Shown one piece after another: positions 26,172-37,670 of a stretch of DNA of 64,000 nucleotides. Below the pieces are notes generated by a model that saw nothing but the letters and a program-made list of their open reading frames with translations, was not told the DNA's origin and searched no databases. Every line of letters starts with the position of its first letter. Position 1 is the first letter of the stretch. The position numbers and the translations under genes were made by a program. The DNA lies in contig CM097888.1 of assembly GCA_044892525.1 (NCBI GenBank), positions 34,534,001-34,598,000 of the forward strand. Direction: 5' to 3'. Source of the DNA: Schmidtea polychroa. Taxonomy: Eukaryota.

Positions 26172-26879
26172 TTAATCAAAAAATATTTTTCCAGGTACAC
26201 TAAAAGGTCGAGAGCCATCGAAATTTCTTTGGTTCAAAATATGGGCAATCTTTATCATTTCCATAGTTGCAGGCATTTCATCGGTTTCCAATACATTGTT
26301 AAATTGTATAAATCCACAGACAATTATCATATTTTTTGTTGGAATTGGAATGATTTCCAAATTCCGAACGTTCCTGGTATGTTCAAGCATATTAATAGAA
26401 ATTTTGCTCTTAAAGTGTCTGTAAAAAATGGAAAGTTTTTTCATTTCCTCTTTTGAAACCACACAAGGACTTTTGAAATTTGAATAAAAAACGTATGAAC
26501 AATATTCGGAGTTTATAATGTGAAAATGCAGAATCACCGGAACACTGACGCAATAAAATCCTAATAGAAATGTGTATCCTTGTTTTTGGTTATTTGCGTA
26601 GCGTATGTGGCCGATTTTGAAAATATCGTAATAGTTTTTCATTGTAATCTGAAACTGAAGGTTTCCGGTGGTGATTAGGTTCGCTTGAATTTGTCTTTTC
26701 TTGCATGTATAGCATTTGAAATTGGTATTTAAATTTTTGGAGATCAAACAAAAATAATGAAACCGATGGCCGCAAGACAGTTGTAGAACTTCTGAGTTAT
26801 GCAATTCTCTGAAACAAATCGTGCATTCAGAAACGTCGTTGGAAATTTGTAGTAATTTGCTTTGTGATTTATTTATCAT
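26172..26879 (-). CDS. Intronless RING-H2 (C3H2C3) finger protein, ~235 aa, putative E3 ligase with unknown C-terminal domain
   Basis: CTIC-x13-CGHRFHYFC-x11-CYTC; open frame with ATG at 26879 in a very AT-rich context. Confidence 0.75.
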   Translation of the reverse strand: MINKSQSKLLQISNDVSECTICFRELHNSEVLQLSCGHRFHYFCLISKNLNTNFKCYTCKKRQIQANLITTGNLQFQITMKNYYDIFKIGHIRYANNQKQGYTFLLGFYCVSVPVILHFHIINSEYCSYVFYSNFKSPCVVSKEEMKKLSIFYRHFKSKISINMLEHTRNVRNLEIIPIPTKNMIIVCGFIQFNNVLETDEMPATMEMIKIAHILNQRNFDGSRPFSVPGKIFFD

Positions 26880-27003
26880 ATAATATATTATAATAAGATA
26901 ATTGTATTTATAATATAATGTTATGTAATTGTTCAATATATTGTGTAATAATTTATACAAGAAAAATTAAATAAAAATTAGAAATGATTTTTATTAATTT
27001 TAA

Positions 27004-27243
27004 CCTCTTAATTGGCTATGACGGATATATATGTCATCAACATATGCATTACAAAACGCATAAGACGAATAAAAATATATCATAAATATTACTTTTGTTA
27101 ACATATTATCTTAATAAATATCATCCAATAAGATATTATTTTATTTTTTGTAACACTATGTCAAAGACGTATATACTCTAGCGGATAACAAAACTCGCCA
27201 CTGAGGAGCGCATTTCGTTTGACGAAATAAACCACTTAAGAGG
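27004..27243. mobile_element. piggyBac-type MITE family A, copy 1 (240 bp)
   Basis: TTAA TSD on both sides; TIR CCTCTTAA[G/T]TGG; second copy at 56793-57274. Confidence 0.9.
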
Positions 27244-27389
27244 TTAAATATATTCCAATAAACAATTCGAAAAAATAATATTTTTTTTATTGATGTTTTC
27301 AGATTAAATTATAAAATTAAATAATATTATTTAGTGACCAGGAAGCACTTTTGAGTTGGAGAGGTTGGGGTTCATATCGGCAAGTGTGA

Positions 27390-27960
27390 AAATAAAATGA
27401 CAATTTGAGGAAATACCGCAGTTTTGATTGTGTAAGATGTATTTATAAATAAAAGGAAACGGCATTTTCAACAAAAAATGAATAATATTGCTTCAATTGG
27501 ATGCCGTTGGAATTACTGCAGCTTCCGCTACTTTGAATGAATAAAGTGTTAGGGCCACTCTATTGGAAAGAAGCTATGGTTTAACTCGGTGACGTTTTAA
27601 TATTTTCAACATTTATAGAAAAACATGTACAAAGAGTTAAAAGAATCAAAGATTCTGGATTAAAGTTGCTCAGAGAAAATGCAATTTTCTTAAAAGAGAA
27701 AAAAATGTTTTTGTCATATTATAAATAAATTGGTGCAATTAAACCATTCAAAAGATCAAAATGTTTAAAAAGGATGATTAAATTTTAAGGCTTATAAATT
27801 ATTACCGATAATTTATTGAAAATTAGACAAAATTTTCAAAAGAGTTTTTGAATCAATCAGACAAAATTAGTGTGGACAAATGAACGTGAAATCATATTTC
27901 AAGGTATGAAAGAACGGTTGATAAAGGTAACGATACGGGATTTACTTGAAACTTTAAAAG
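27390..27960 (+). mobile_element. Decayed Gypsy-type reverse transcriptase C-terminal fragment
   Basis: Remnants of EKCNFLKRE, AIKPF.R.K..K.MIKF.GL.NYYR.FI and WTNEREIIFQGMKERL. Confidence 0.5.
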
Positions 27961-27989
27961 TGTTTAGTTCGTTGATGTAGTTATGATAA

Positions 27990-28448
27990 CTATTAAAACC
28001 AATAAACTAAAGAGGTGAGAGGCAAAGAAAATCTGAGAAAATATGTTCCTGTTATTAACTTTCAAACTCTTACTAAAACTCCTGGAAGATTTACCTATTC
28101 TACCAAGACGTTTACAATACACCCATCTCTCTCTTAACACGAAAAATAACACGGAAATTCTGTTAAATAACCGTGTTAAACGATACCATGTAAAGCCGGA
28201 CTAATGAAGAAAGAGATAGATTCTTTTTTCTTCCAAAGGAGATTCGTTTCATCAGCATTAAAAACTTTTTCAGTCAAATAAGACTCTTCTTCCGTGTTAG
28301 CACGAGGGGTGGGTGTAATCATTTTTTCTGTTATCGTTCTTTTGGGACTTTCTATTTTTTCTTCAACTTCAATTGATTCTAGCATCGGTTTATCCGAATT
28401 TCGCACACTTCTGTGTATTCTTTGACAATTCTCTTTTACATTTGTCAT
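27990..28448 (-). mobile_element. Tigger/pogo (CENP-B-like) transposase fragment, decayed and deleted
   Basis: VFNADETNLLWKK motif followed by PGF..ISVLF..RLGRIGKSSRSF. Confidence 0.65.
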
Positions 28449-28769
28449 TTTCTATTGTCCATCATATTCTAAATGAATTTTAAAATTTTTATTCCAACTA
28501 TTAAATAATTATTAATTTTTTGTTATTACGAATTTTGGTGTTTCCAATAATCACTCCTTCAATTTCTCATATACTATTTCATTCCTTGATTTTAGTACGA
28601 TTCCTGCGCGCTTTTGCGCATCTTAATTCCACCTCATTTTATAAAATCATATTTTAGCAATTCAAGTTTTGGGCCCCTGGAAAGTTTTCACAGGCACCCC
28701 AGGTTAGAGTTGGTCTTAATAATTTCTATTAATGATATTGAGAAAGTTTATGTTAAATATGGTCTATAG

Positions 28770-29249
28770 CAGGGATATTCAACTGGTGGCCCGCGGGCCT
28801 GATCAGGCCAACCGAAATTTGAAAAAGGCCCTTTCAAGATCTTTTATAAAAATATTTGGTGATATCTGCATAAAAACGCACAGGTATTGAAAATGTGTTT
28901 GTAAGTTTGAATAGGAAACGGGGTTTACTTAATATTTAATAAAATTAATATGTGTTTAAGTGGCTGTGATCATTTAAATTTCTTGGAAAATGCGTCTAAC
29001 ACCAGAAAAATTAAAAGAAAAAATGGCAATAAAGTTATTAATTTAAAATGCGCCAGAAAGATATATAATAATATAAAAATAAATGGTAAACATTATAATA
29101 CTTGGTAATAGAATAACAATTACTAAAACCAGTTTATTTTTGTTACTTTGTAATCCGCTACAAAACTAACTACTTTTTAATTGATACGGCCCTCGATTGC
29201 CGTTATAAGATAAATTTGGCCCTTCATAATATTTAGTTGAATACCCATG
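28770..29249. mobile_element. hAT (Charlie-like) MITE, 480 bp
   Basis: TIR CAGGGATATTCAACT / CATGGGTATTCAACT; perfect TSD GTCTATAG at 28762-69 and 29250-57; GGCCC subterminal motifs. Confidence 0.92.
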
Positions 29250-30095
29250 GTCTATAGTTAAAATGAAAAACTTCATTTACAATATATTTAAGTGACAAAA
29301 TAATCAATTTTTCATTTATTTTGGGTCAGTAAAAATAGACAAACCTATATGAACAAGTTTAATATTAATTTTTTCTAACACATTCCTACTACAACATAAT
29401 TTTTTATTATACAGAAAATAAGTAAATTATTAGGATTTTTTGTCACATCATTAATCTATTTCATAGGTTCTATGAACTGCTCCCTTCATGATAATAAATT
29501 ATTATATTATCATTTTACGGAGACATTTATTTTCAATTTTATAAAAAACGATTGATATATACGTACGAATCACAATTATTATTTCTATATTTTTCTAAAA
29601 ATTATAAGTGAATAAATTATCTAAAAATGGTGTCTAAAATTCTAAAATTGAATTTGAATGCATGCATGCAATCATGCTTATTTGAATGTGAATTGAGGCA
29701 TGCATTTGCATTGTATGTGTGTAGCATGCATGTAAATGCAGAAAATAGTGAACTCAAATTATACCTCTTTTTTCAGCTACAATTTTTTGATTTGTTAAAA
29801 ATAAAACAATTTATTTTTCTGTAATTTCCAATATATTTCCAAAAATATTTTATATTAGAATCTTGACTAAATTAAATTTGTTACTGAAAAAATAAATTTC
29901 GAACTATAGAGGAAATTTCCATAAGTAATGCGTAATCATTTACAAAATGAGACTCAAATTGATGTTTTTTATGTACGATATCATTTCACATTTATTTCAA
30001 AAATTTTAAGGAAAAACTATTGTGAATATTATGACATAATATGGAATATAAAAACTCAAAACTAAACGATTATTTTCTATAAAAGTTTTTGGAGC

Positions 30096-30887
30096 ATGCT
30101 ATTTGAAGACAAATATTCTGTAGTGAAATTATTATCAGAAAGCGTCAAAAGTAGTGTATGCGTTGCGGAAAATCATGCCACTACTGAAACGGTTATTGTT
30201 AAAGCATTTAATAAACATCACAAATCTTCTTTCGTTAAAACTCAATTAACTGGAGCAGTTATTCCAAAGGAAATGTTTATTATTCAATTTATTAAAGATT
30301 CAAGCATTCGACCGGATATCATTGAATGCTTTGATGAAAGCGATGAATTTGTTATTGTTATGAAACATCTGTGTGGAAAATGGATTGATCTTTTCGACTA
30401 TACACTTGAAAGAAAAAGGGAGTACATTTTAAAAAGAATTTTCAAAAATATTCTACATGTATTAATGAAATTGAGTTCTAAAGGTGTGTATTACATGGAC
30501 ATAAAACCGGAAAATATCATGGTTAACACTGAAACTTTAAAAGTCAAACTAATAGACTTTGAGGATGCTGTGTTTTCTCCAGATGAAAAGTCTCCTAAAT
30601 CCAATAAAATAATCGGCACAATTGGATATTGCTCACCGGAAATGGTGCAAAAACAAACTTACGATATTCGTGCAAATCAAGTTTACAGTTTTGGAAGCTC
30701 TTTGTTTTTTTGTATTGAAGAGAAAACTCTTTTCAAAGATTTCGAAAGTACTCTTCAGAAAAACTTTTCGGAGTTTAAATTTTGTTCAAAATCTGCCGAA
30801 GATTTAATTCGAAAATGCATATTAGAAGATCCGACATTGAGAATTGCAATTGAAGATATAGAAAATCATGAATGGTTTTGTGTGTGA
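30096..30887 (+). CDS. Intronless PIM-like (CAMK-group) Ser/Thr kinase, atypical, 263 aa
   Basis: VIVK, PKEMF, WIDLFDY, YYMDIKPEN, KLIDFED, GTIGYCSPE, LIRKCILEDPTLRI..IENHEW; the Gly-rich loop is absent. Confidence 0.88.
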   Translation: MLFEDKYSVVKLLSESVKSSVCVAENHATTETVIVKAFNKHHKSSFVKTQLTGAVIPKEMFIIQFIKDSSIRPDIIECFDESDEFVIVMKHLCGKWIDLFDYTLERKREYILKRIFKNILHVLMKLSSKGVYYMDIKPENIMVNTETLKVKLIDFEDAVFSPDEKSPKSNKIIGTIGYCSPEMVQKQTYDIRANQVYSFGSSLFFCIEEKTLFKDFESTLQKNFSEFKFCSKSAEDLIRKCILEDPTLRIAIEDIENHEWFCV

Positions 30888-32370
30888 GATAAAATTAAAT
30901 TTTAAATTCTCTTCAAACATTTTCTATTTTTGAATGAAATTCAGTTTTTTTAGATTATGAGACTAAAATATTTTTAAAATTTTAATATTAAAATCAAATA
31001 AAACACGAGAAAAAGATTTCATATTGACATAGAGTCCCGCCTTCACAATGCAGACTGTTACATGTTTTGGATTTAATAAGTCTTTTCAAAGTAATAAAGA
31101 TAAAAAAAGATTATAAAAATATAGTTGTAATTATTGGAACGCAGAATATAAGAGTAAAACTATTAAAATTTTTAGTTATTTTATAGTAGGTTTTATAGTA
31201 TTTTTCAAGATCAGGAAAATTTAATGTAAGCGGTTCTATTTTATCTTAATTTTTACTCTATATTAACTTCATTGATGTATGTGTCACGCAAATTTTGTGA
31301 GGCCAAATTAACATACTTTTCGTGATCGGATTGAGCTGATATTTGGCAAGTAGATTCGTTGTTGAAAAAACTGCATGCTATCAAAATTTCAGATCGATTC
31401 GATTACTGACAGTGGATTAAATAAAGAATATTGATATGTCAAATCTAGTGTTATTTCCTTATTTCAATATAAATTCTTATCTATTCATTAACTTCGGATT
31501 AAAGAGATAACGTAATTATATCTAAAAATATGTTGAAATTAAGAGAGTGAAATTTAGAGTTTCAAAAATCATGTTTTTTATGGTTGGTTTTTTTTTTTAT
31601 TATATTAGATAAATGTTTAAACATGCAATGAGTTTTTACAAGGGATAAACTTTTCGAAAATGAAATCTCCTTCTTTCTCTCTGGATGTTTATAGGAAATA
31701 AATAATGAGTTAAAATTGATATTATTATAAATGCATTTCTTTCTGTGAAGAAGAAAATAAGTGATCCCAGATTCAACGATGAAGATCACAGCAAATTTAT
31801 TAATGCGTTTGAAGATTTGCAGACAATAATAATTGTCAAATGCATTTACTTGACCCGATCGATCAAAATTTTCAACTATATTAAGCGTCATAACTACAAA
31901 GGGCCGTGAATTGGAAATATATTTTACAATATAACTTCACAAACTATAAACCTATAGGGAGAAATAGAAAAATATGAAGTCAATATCACCTCACACCACC
32001 TAGTGCACAAAAGAAAAATAACGTATCGCTAATTAACTGATAAATAAAAATTACATCTTTAAAAGGTAGATTGCAAATTAAAGTTTCAGATAATTTAACA
32101 ATCTGAAACTTTATCCTTTTACAAAAATGATCAATTACTGTTTCTTTGGATTTTTTTTGAATTTTACTTTCATTCATTAAGGACATTTTATTTAATTACT
32201 AACATTTTTGGTTTGGTTAATTTAAAAATATTTTTTATTTAATTCGATACTATTGGTTTTCAAATTGTTTTTGAGTTTGACCGAGAAAACTTCCTTATTA
32301 ACAGTCTTTTTATAAGTAGCGTTCTTTGTTAAATTTACTGGGGATATTAAATCCATGATATATATATATA

Positions 32371-32617
32371 CAGTGGCGTACCAAGGATTTCTGGGGCCCT
32401 TGTGCAGAGATTTTGGGACGCACAAAATATTTGTCGAACGAAGTGACCGAGGAACCAAACCATAGGCAGGCTTGGGGGAAGGTGATTAGCAACTCTCTGA
32501 GTAAATTTGCGCATTTTAAAACAGAAATAGTAGCGTTTCGGGTTGGGTTGAAAGGATATTTTACTAATTTTTCCTCCTGGGCCCTTGTGCCGTGCACAAC
32601 CTATTGCTACGCCACTG
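32371..32617. mobile_element. hAT MITE (CAGTGGCGTA type), 247 bp, inserted in a (TA)n tract
   Basis: 10-bp perfect TIR CAGTGGCGTA; TSD TATATATA/TATATATG; GGGCCCTTGTGC repeated near both ends. Confidence 0.88.
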
Positions 32618-32957
32618 TATATATGTATATATATATATGTAAAATACGAAGTTATGATTCCACTGGCAGAAAATATAATAAGCACTGGTAACTGTTCATA
32701 ATGCTCCCATCCTATTGGATGTTCGGATATATTGTTCAAAAGTCTCCATATCAACTCGGAAAGCTCAATTTCTGGATTATTTTAGAAAAACTTTTAGTCG
32801 GTTCATTGATGATGATACAACCTGACATTTTCCCATTGGCTCCCCAAAGTTTCCAAGTGACCCAATGCTCCCTTCAGGAACCCCTTAAAAACGAGGAAAT
32901 ATTTCCAAAAAATAAACACACCAACAAAGATTTATTCATTACAACAATAATTATTAC

Positions 32958-33293
32958 GATAGAAAATTAAGAGCACTTTCATCGATTTTTCGTTTCCTAA
33001 TTAAAAATAATCATTAAAATTTTTCATTGGAATTTTACTTCTTCTTTTGCATAAATTGTTTCTCCTCCTTCTGAAATAGATTTAATCAATTCAAAAACCA
33101 GACTAAATCCAACTTGTATTTTAGAATTAATTTCTTGTTTCATTTTCTTCCTTTTCTTTTTGGAAATACCCACATCGAAATCGGGAACTAAATTCTCGAC
33201 TACATCCTCGACTATTGTTGGTACAGTTTCAGTGGTAGCTGAAACTTTCAATTTCCGCTTCCGTTTCCTTGACAAAGGCACTGCAGAATTTAT
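32958..33293 (-). CDS. Exons of an unidentified Lys-rich (NLS/nucleolar-like) protein
   Basis: Exons 33293-33114, 33070-33039, 32996-32958 join in phase across 43- and 42-nt GT-AG introns: ..SRKRKRKLK..SKKKRKKMKQEINSKIQKEEKQFMQKKKKRKIDESALNFLS; 5' and 3' ends unresolved. Confidence 0.45.
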
Positions 33294-33529
33294 CTACAAT
33301 AATCAATAAAATATAATAATAAATTTATGAAAATTTTCTAAAAAAAATTTTGTCGGTTTCTACAATAATTTTAAGGCCCACAGACTAAGTTTAATTTAAG
33401 ATCCCGCTGGCAGCTGAACATTTTAAACGAATGAAATGATTTGTAAAAGTTATTAAATCAAGAAAATATTAAATTTAATATTTATAACAAAAATAATATA
33501 TTAGTGGTAAAAAAAACAAACGAACGATA

Positions 33530-33615
33530 GATATTCGTGCAAATCAAGTTTTCAGTTTTGGAAGCTCTTTGTTTTTTTTGTATTGAAGAGAAAAATCTTT
33601 TCAAAGATTTCGAAA
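33530..33615 (+). repeat. Duplicated 86-bp fragment of the kinase CDS (copy of 30663-30747)
   Basis: Direct alignment by eye shows 2 substitutions and 1 extra T. Confidence 0.95.
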
Positions 33616-33872
33616 AATTGCAATACGACTGAAGCAAACGAAAGAAAACAACATCCTGGAGAAAGGGAGAAAAAAGGTTATTATTACAAGCCGTACTATT
33701 ATAATGTCTTGAGAAAATTTTTATCGAGCAAAAAATACTTTTAACAAAACTGTTTGTGTAAATTTTTGCTGTCAAATCAAAATGTAATTTCTACAGATTA
33801 TGTACTCAAATACATATATTATAATTTAATTAAAATGATGTATTTTTTCTTAAATATTTAACTTACCTCATC

Positions 33873-34025
33873 TGTCTCATCTGGTGCATTTTTGGTATCA
33901 CTTACTTACTAAATAAAAAGGGGTTTTAAATTGCTAGCTTTAATCATCTATATAAAAAGCGAAATATTTATCATTTACTTTTATTTAGTAAGTAGTGGCT
34001 ACCAAAAAGTCCACCAGATAAGACA
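33873..34025. repeat. Imperfect inverted repeat (~48-bp arms, ~58-bp spacer)
   Basis: 33873-33920 vs 33979-34025: TTTTATTTAGTAAGTA..TACCAAAAA..CACCAGAT.AGACA shared. Confidence 0.7.
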
Positions 34026-34849
34026 CAGTTATTTACTTACATTTTAAAGTTTCTATCATTTTCAGATCTGTCAAAAATAATCAATATAATTCATTTATCT
34101 AGAAATCTCACTATAATTTCCTATTGCTAAAAGGATTAAACCAATTAGTTGTGATTGTTCAATTGAATTTCTTTTATGATTTTCCTTTATCGTTTTGAAT
34201 TTTTTAATCTGTCACGCAATTTGTACTTTTATCAAGTGATATAACGATTATTTTTATCAGTTTAATTGTGTTTATAACATTTGATTATTATATAAAAATA
34301 ATTCTATATGGGAATGAGAAGCATTGCTTGATTTGGCTATTCATTGTTACGCCATTCTAAAAAGCTGGATAATTGATTTTTCTCGTTTAAAATAAATTTC
34401 AAATATCTTATTTAAATGTTCTGGTTACACTTTGATAAACATGAAAAAAGCATATTTGACATTATTATCGAATAAGGGTTTAATTTGTATCTCATAAGTA
34501 CTCAATTCCAATCACAGTGCAAATTTGACTAGTCATCCAATAGCATGCATGTTTAGTATTTCATTATAATTTTATTGATTCAAAATTGTATATTAATTAT
34601 TTGAATATCGACAAAATGTTTGGAAATGATTTATACGATCTGTCTTTTAGTATCGCATAACATTTCCCAATAACAGTAATTTAAACTATTTCTAATATTC
34701 ATTTAGAAAAATTGCTAAAACCAAGAAATAAAATAATATTAATAAAAGTACATAATTTTTACAATATTCTTAGCAATACGACTTTAACTTAACCTAAGGG
34801 AAAATGACTTTTAAAATGGAGAAAAATCATCTAAAATAATGGTTCGTGT

Positions 34850-35350
34850 AAAGATAGATCAAAATCTGACTCCGTTTCAGTATTGAGGATTTAAAGCTTT
34901 CATTAATTTCCCATGGTTGTTTCTTGAACTCATATGTAATTTATCGAATTTTGTGGAATTTTAAGAATCTATGTGGGAATTCGTAATGATTTGGTCCAAC
35001 TATCGGAAAGAAGTAATGTTGGGGCTGTTTCCGACAAGGAATGCAGAAAAATAGTGCCGCCATCGTAGCCTTGACCTTACAATGACCATGCAACTAAAGG
35101 TCAAGTCTGGCACAATTTTTTAGGTCTCTTGTAGTCTGTTTTGCATGTTTTTTGTTAATTTTTGTAAGGGATTTTTTATAAGGGAAGAAATCAGCCTGAC
35201 CAAAATATTAAAAATATTCAATGGTCAACATATTCAATGTACATTCAATGAACTATAAAAGAATTATAATCCTCATTATAAACAGACAGCAACCCTAAAG
35301 AAGAAATCAATGAAATCATCAATTGACCTTGAGAATAACTGATAATATAT
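34850..35350 (-). mobile_element. Very decayed hAT transposase relic
   Basis: GQGYDGG motif at 35076-35056; flanks only weakly recognisable. Confidence 0.35.
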
Positions 35351-35808
35351 AAAAAATATAAAAATTATAAAAAAAGTAATAATTAAAATAATATAGAAAT
35401 TTTAGAAAATACGCTTTCAAAAGATAGGAATAAAAAATCAAAATTGGCACATTTATTAAAATATTTAAATCGCGATTATATAATTAGTTATTGGAAGCTT
35501 TATTTTATAAATATTTAATAATATATTTTATATAAGAAGGCTTCTAGGGGCTAATTAAAGATGCTTTTAAAATTTGAAAATTTTGGTTGGTGTTTCATTT
35601 TGAATTTTAAAGGATATTTAATTTTAATTTTAAATAAAATTTCTTAAAGAATTCTGAAAAAGAAAGTAAATCATTATATTATATTTTAACCAATGAGAAG
35701 TAAGAAAAAGGAAATAGAAGAAAGATCGAGATGTATGTGCGGGAAGAAGATTGCTAAATTCCAGGAGGACTATCTTATAGTCGAAAATTATATACATAAT
35801 TAACCTTT

Positions 35809-36048
35809 ACTTTTGATCTGATTACATTCATAATTTCCTTTATAATTTTCATTATTCGACTATAGATCAATGTTTTATATTAAACACAGAGTTCAGGACT
35901 GCGCCCATTAAAAGTTTAAGAAAGTAATACAGAAAATTTTGTTATAATATAAAACATTGATTTATAGTCGAAAAAATGAAGATAGAGGAAATCGTAATTC
36001 ATTTATGTGATTAAAAGCAATTTTTAATAATTTAGTTAATAATTTCAA
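35809..36048 (+). repeat. Dispersed ~230-bp repeat, copy 1 (copy 2 at 47174-47398)
   Basis: Long near-identical blocks; copy 1 carries an extra ~30 bp before GACTGCGCC. Confidence 0.9.
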
Positions 36049-37279
36049 AATTAAATACCTAATTATATACATGCAGTATGGCACTTTAGCCAATAAACGT
36101 TGACCTAGCCCTCTACACGTACGCTGTTGAATAAGCGATGCATGCATATATACACTTTCATTACTGGTTATTTTTCTTGCCATAGGGCAGTGTTTCCCAA
36201 ACTTTTTTGACTGTGGCCCGGGATTAGGGAGTATTATAAACATTTAAGAATGTGACAAAATTTTTTACCAAGATGAATGGAAAGGGTTAAATCACTATTA
36301 AATCGTTCTTATTTTCCTATTTCTTATTCCTATTCCATTATGCTAAATAAACCCATTTCTATCAATATCATTTCCAAATACTTGTATCTTATTGGCGTAT
36401 ATTTATATTAAACTTTAAACAGTTTTATTAACATTTTTAAAAGCTTGTGAAAGCTTAAAAAGAAACGCGTAGGATTAAAGAGGCAATTAGACGAGTGGTT
36501 AATAAGGGATAAATTAGTAAATATAAATATAAATTAGTAAATATTACACTTTCTATTGTTTGAATTGGATTCGATTGAGATTCTTTATTTACCTATAAAA
36601 CATTTATTATTAAATATTATACAATTTATGTCAAGTCTAGTGTTACAATTACAATATCAGATTCAGTTGTGATTGGAATACTCTGAAAGCTTTTCAAATA
36701 CCATTAATCGTTTACACTTTTCCATTAAAATGTACTTCTCAATTTCTAATCGTTCTTTATAAAGTATGCTCAGACTATTAATAACTGTAGGCAAAGAATT
36801 TTCAGCTGACAACTACAATAATGGAAAACTTTGAGCAAATTTCTTTAATTATTGACATTTACCCATGATAGTTTGGATTTAGGTAAACTTTCTCTGATCT
36901 CATAAATTTTTCCATAATTATTTTCGAAAAATTCCAAAACTGTTTTGCAAAATGTTCTAAAATTTATTTTTAAAATTTATAGTGGCTCCTCAAATTTTAA
37001 AGAAAGCAAATTTGAAAATCGACAAAAATATCTCAAAGCTATCTCGAGTATATCAAATTAGTTATATCATATTCTTATTAATCAATACAATTGATAGGAA
37101 AATATTGAATAAAGTGAGAAAACACAATGTTTTTCCAAATTTCCATTTTTTAGAAATTTTTTCTTAACCCTTAATTGCATTATGTAACAAATTTGCAACA
37201 TACCAGAATAAATAAGAACTAACCGTTTTATAGTGTTGTTTGTGAGCTACAGAGCTGTTTAACGGATTTAGTTCATAGT

Positions 37280-37670
37280 GACCGCTAGATGTGCCACAAG
37301 TTTCAATAATATATTCAGTCAAAGGAACGTTATTTATTTTTTTATCTTCACACTTGTGAAAATCAATCTGTAATTTGACCGTAATTAAAGCCCCATTTTT
37401 ATATGATCCGTCTCAGTTATATTTTAGATGTAAAATAGACTAGTTCCGTCCACATCTACAATTTGACACAGCGCTGAGATTTTCATTTGTGAGTCAGCAC
37501 TGTTAAAGTGAGAAGTGTTTGCACTACATGTGAGGATCAGTAAAATGTGGTGAGCGAAGAAGAAAAATCAAAGGTTGCGAGGGTACAAAGAATACAAGGT
37601 ATGAGTGCGAGAAGTGTCAAGAGTACATTTATAAATTCGCTGAAAAATTCATCAAATACTTGTGGTGTTG
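37280..37670 (+). mobile_element. piggyBac-like transposase C-terminal Cys-rich relic
   Basis: ..VRSVCTTCED..KCGE..IKGCEGTKNTRYECEKCQEY.. resembles the piggyBac cysteine-rich domain; stops and frameshifts. Confidence 0.4.

Noticed and set aside
31562-32186. Two minus ORFs (109 and 66 aa) as possible exons
   Set aside because: Joining them needs a non-canonical GAAG acceptor; no domain recognised.
32222-32970. Five overlapping ORFs around 32.3-32.9 kb
   Set aside because: Mostly created by the GC-richer MITE and (TA)n tract; no consistent spliced frame found.
36400-37150. Possible further hAT relic (CNTR-like motif, minus strand)
   Set aside because: Similarity too weak to support by eye.
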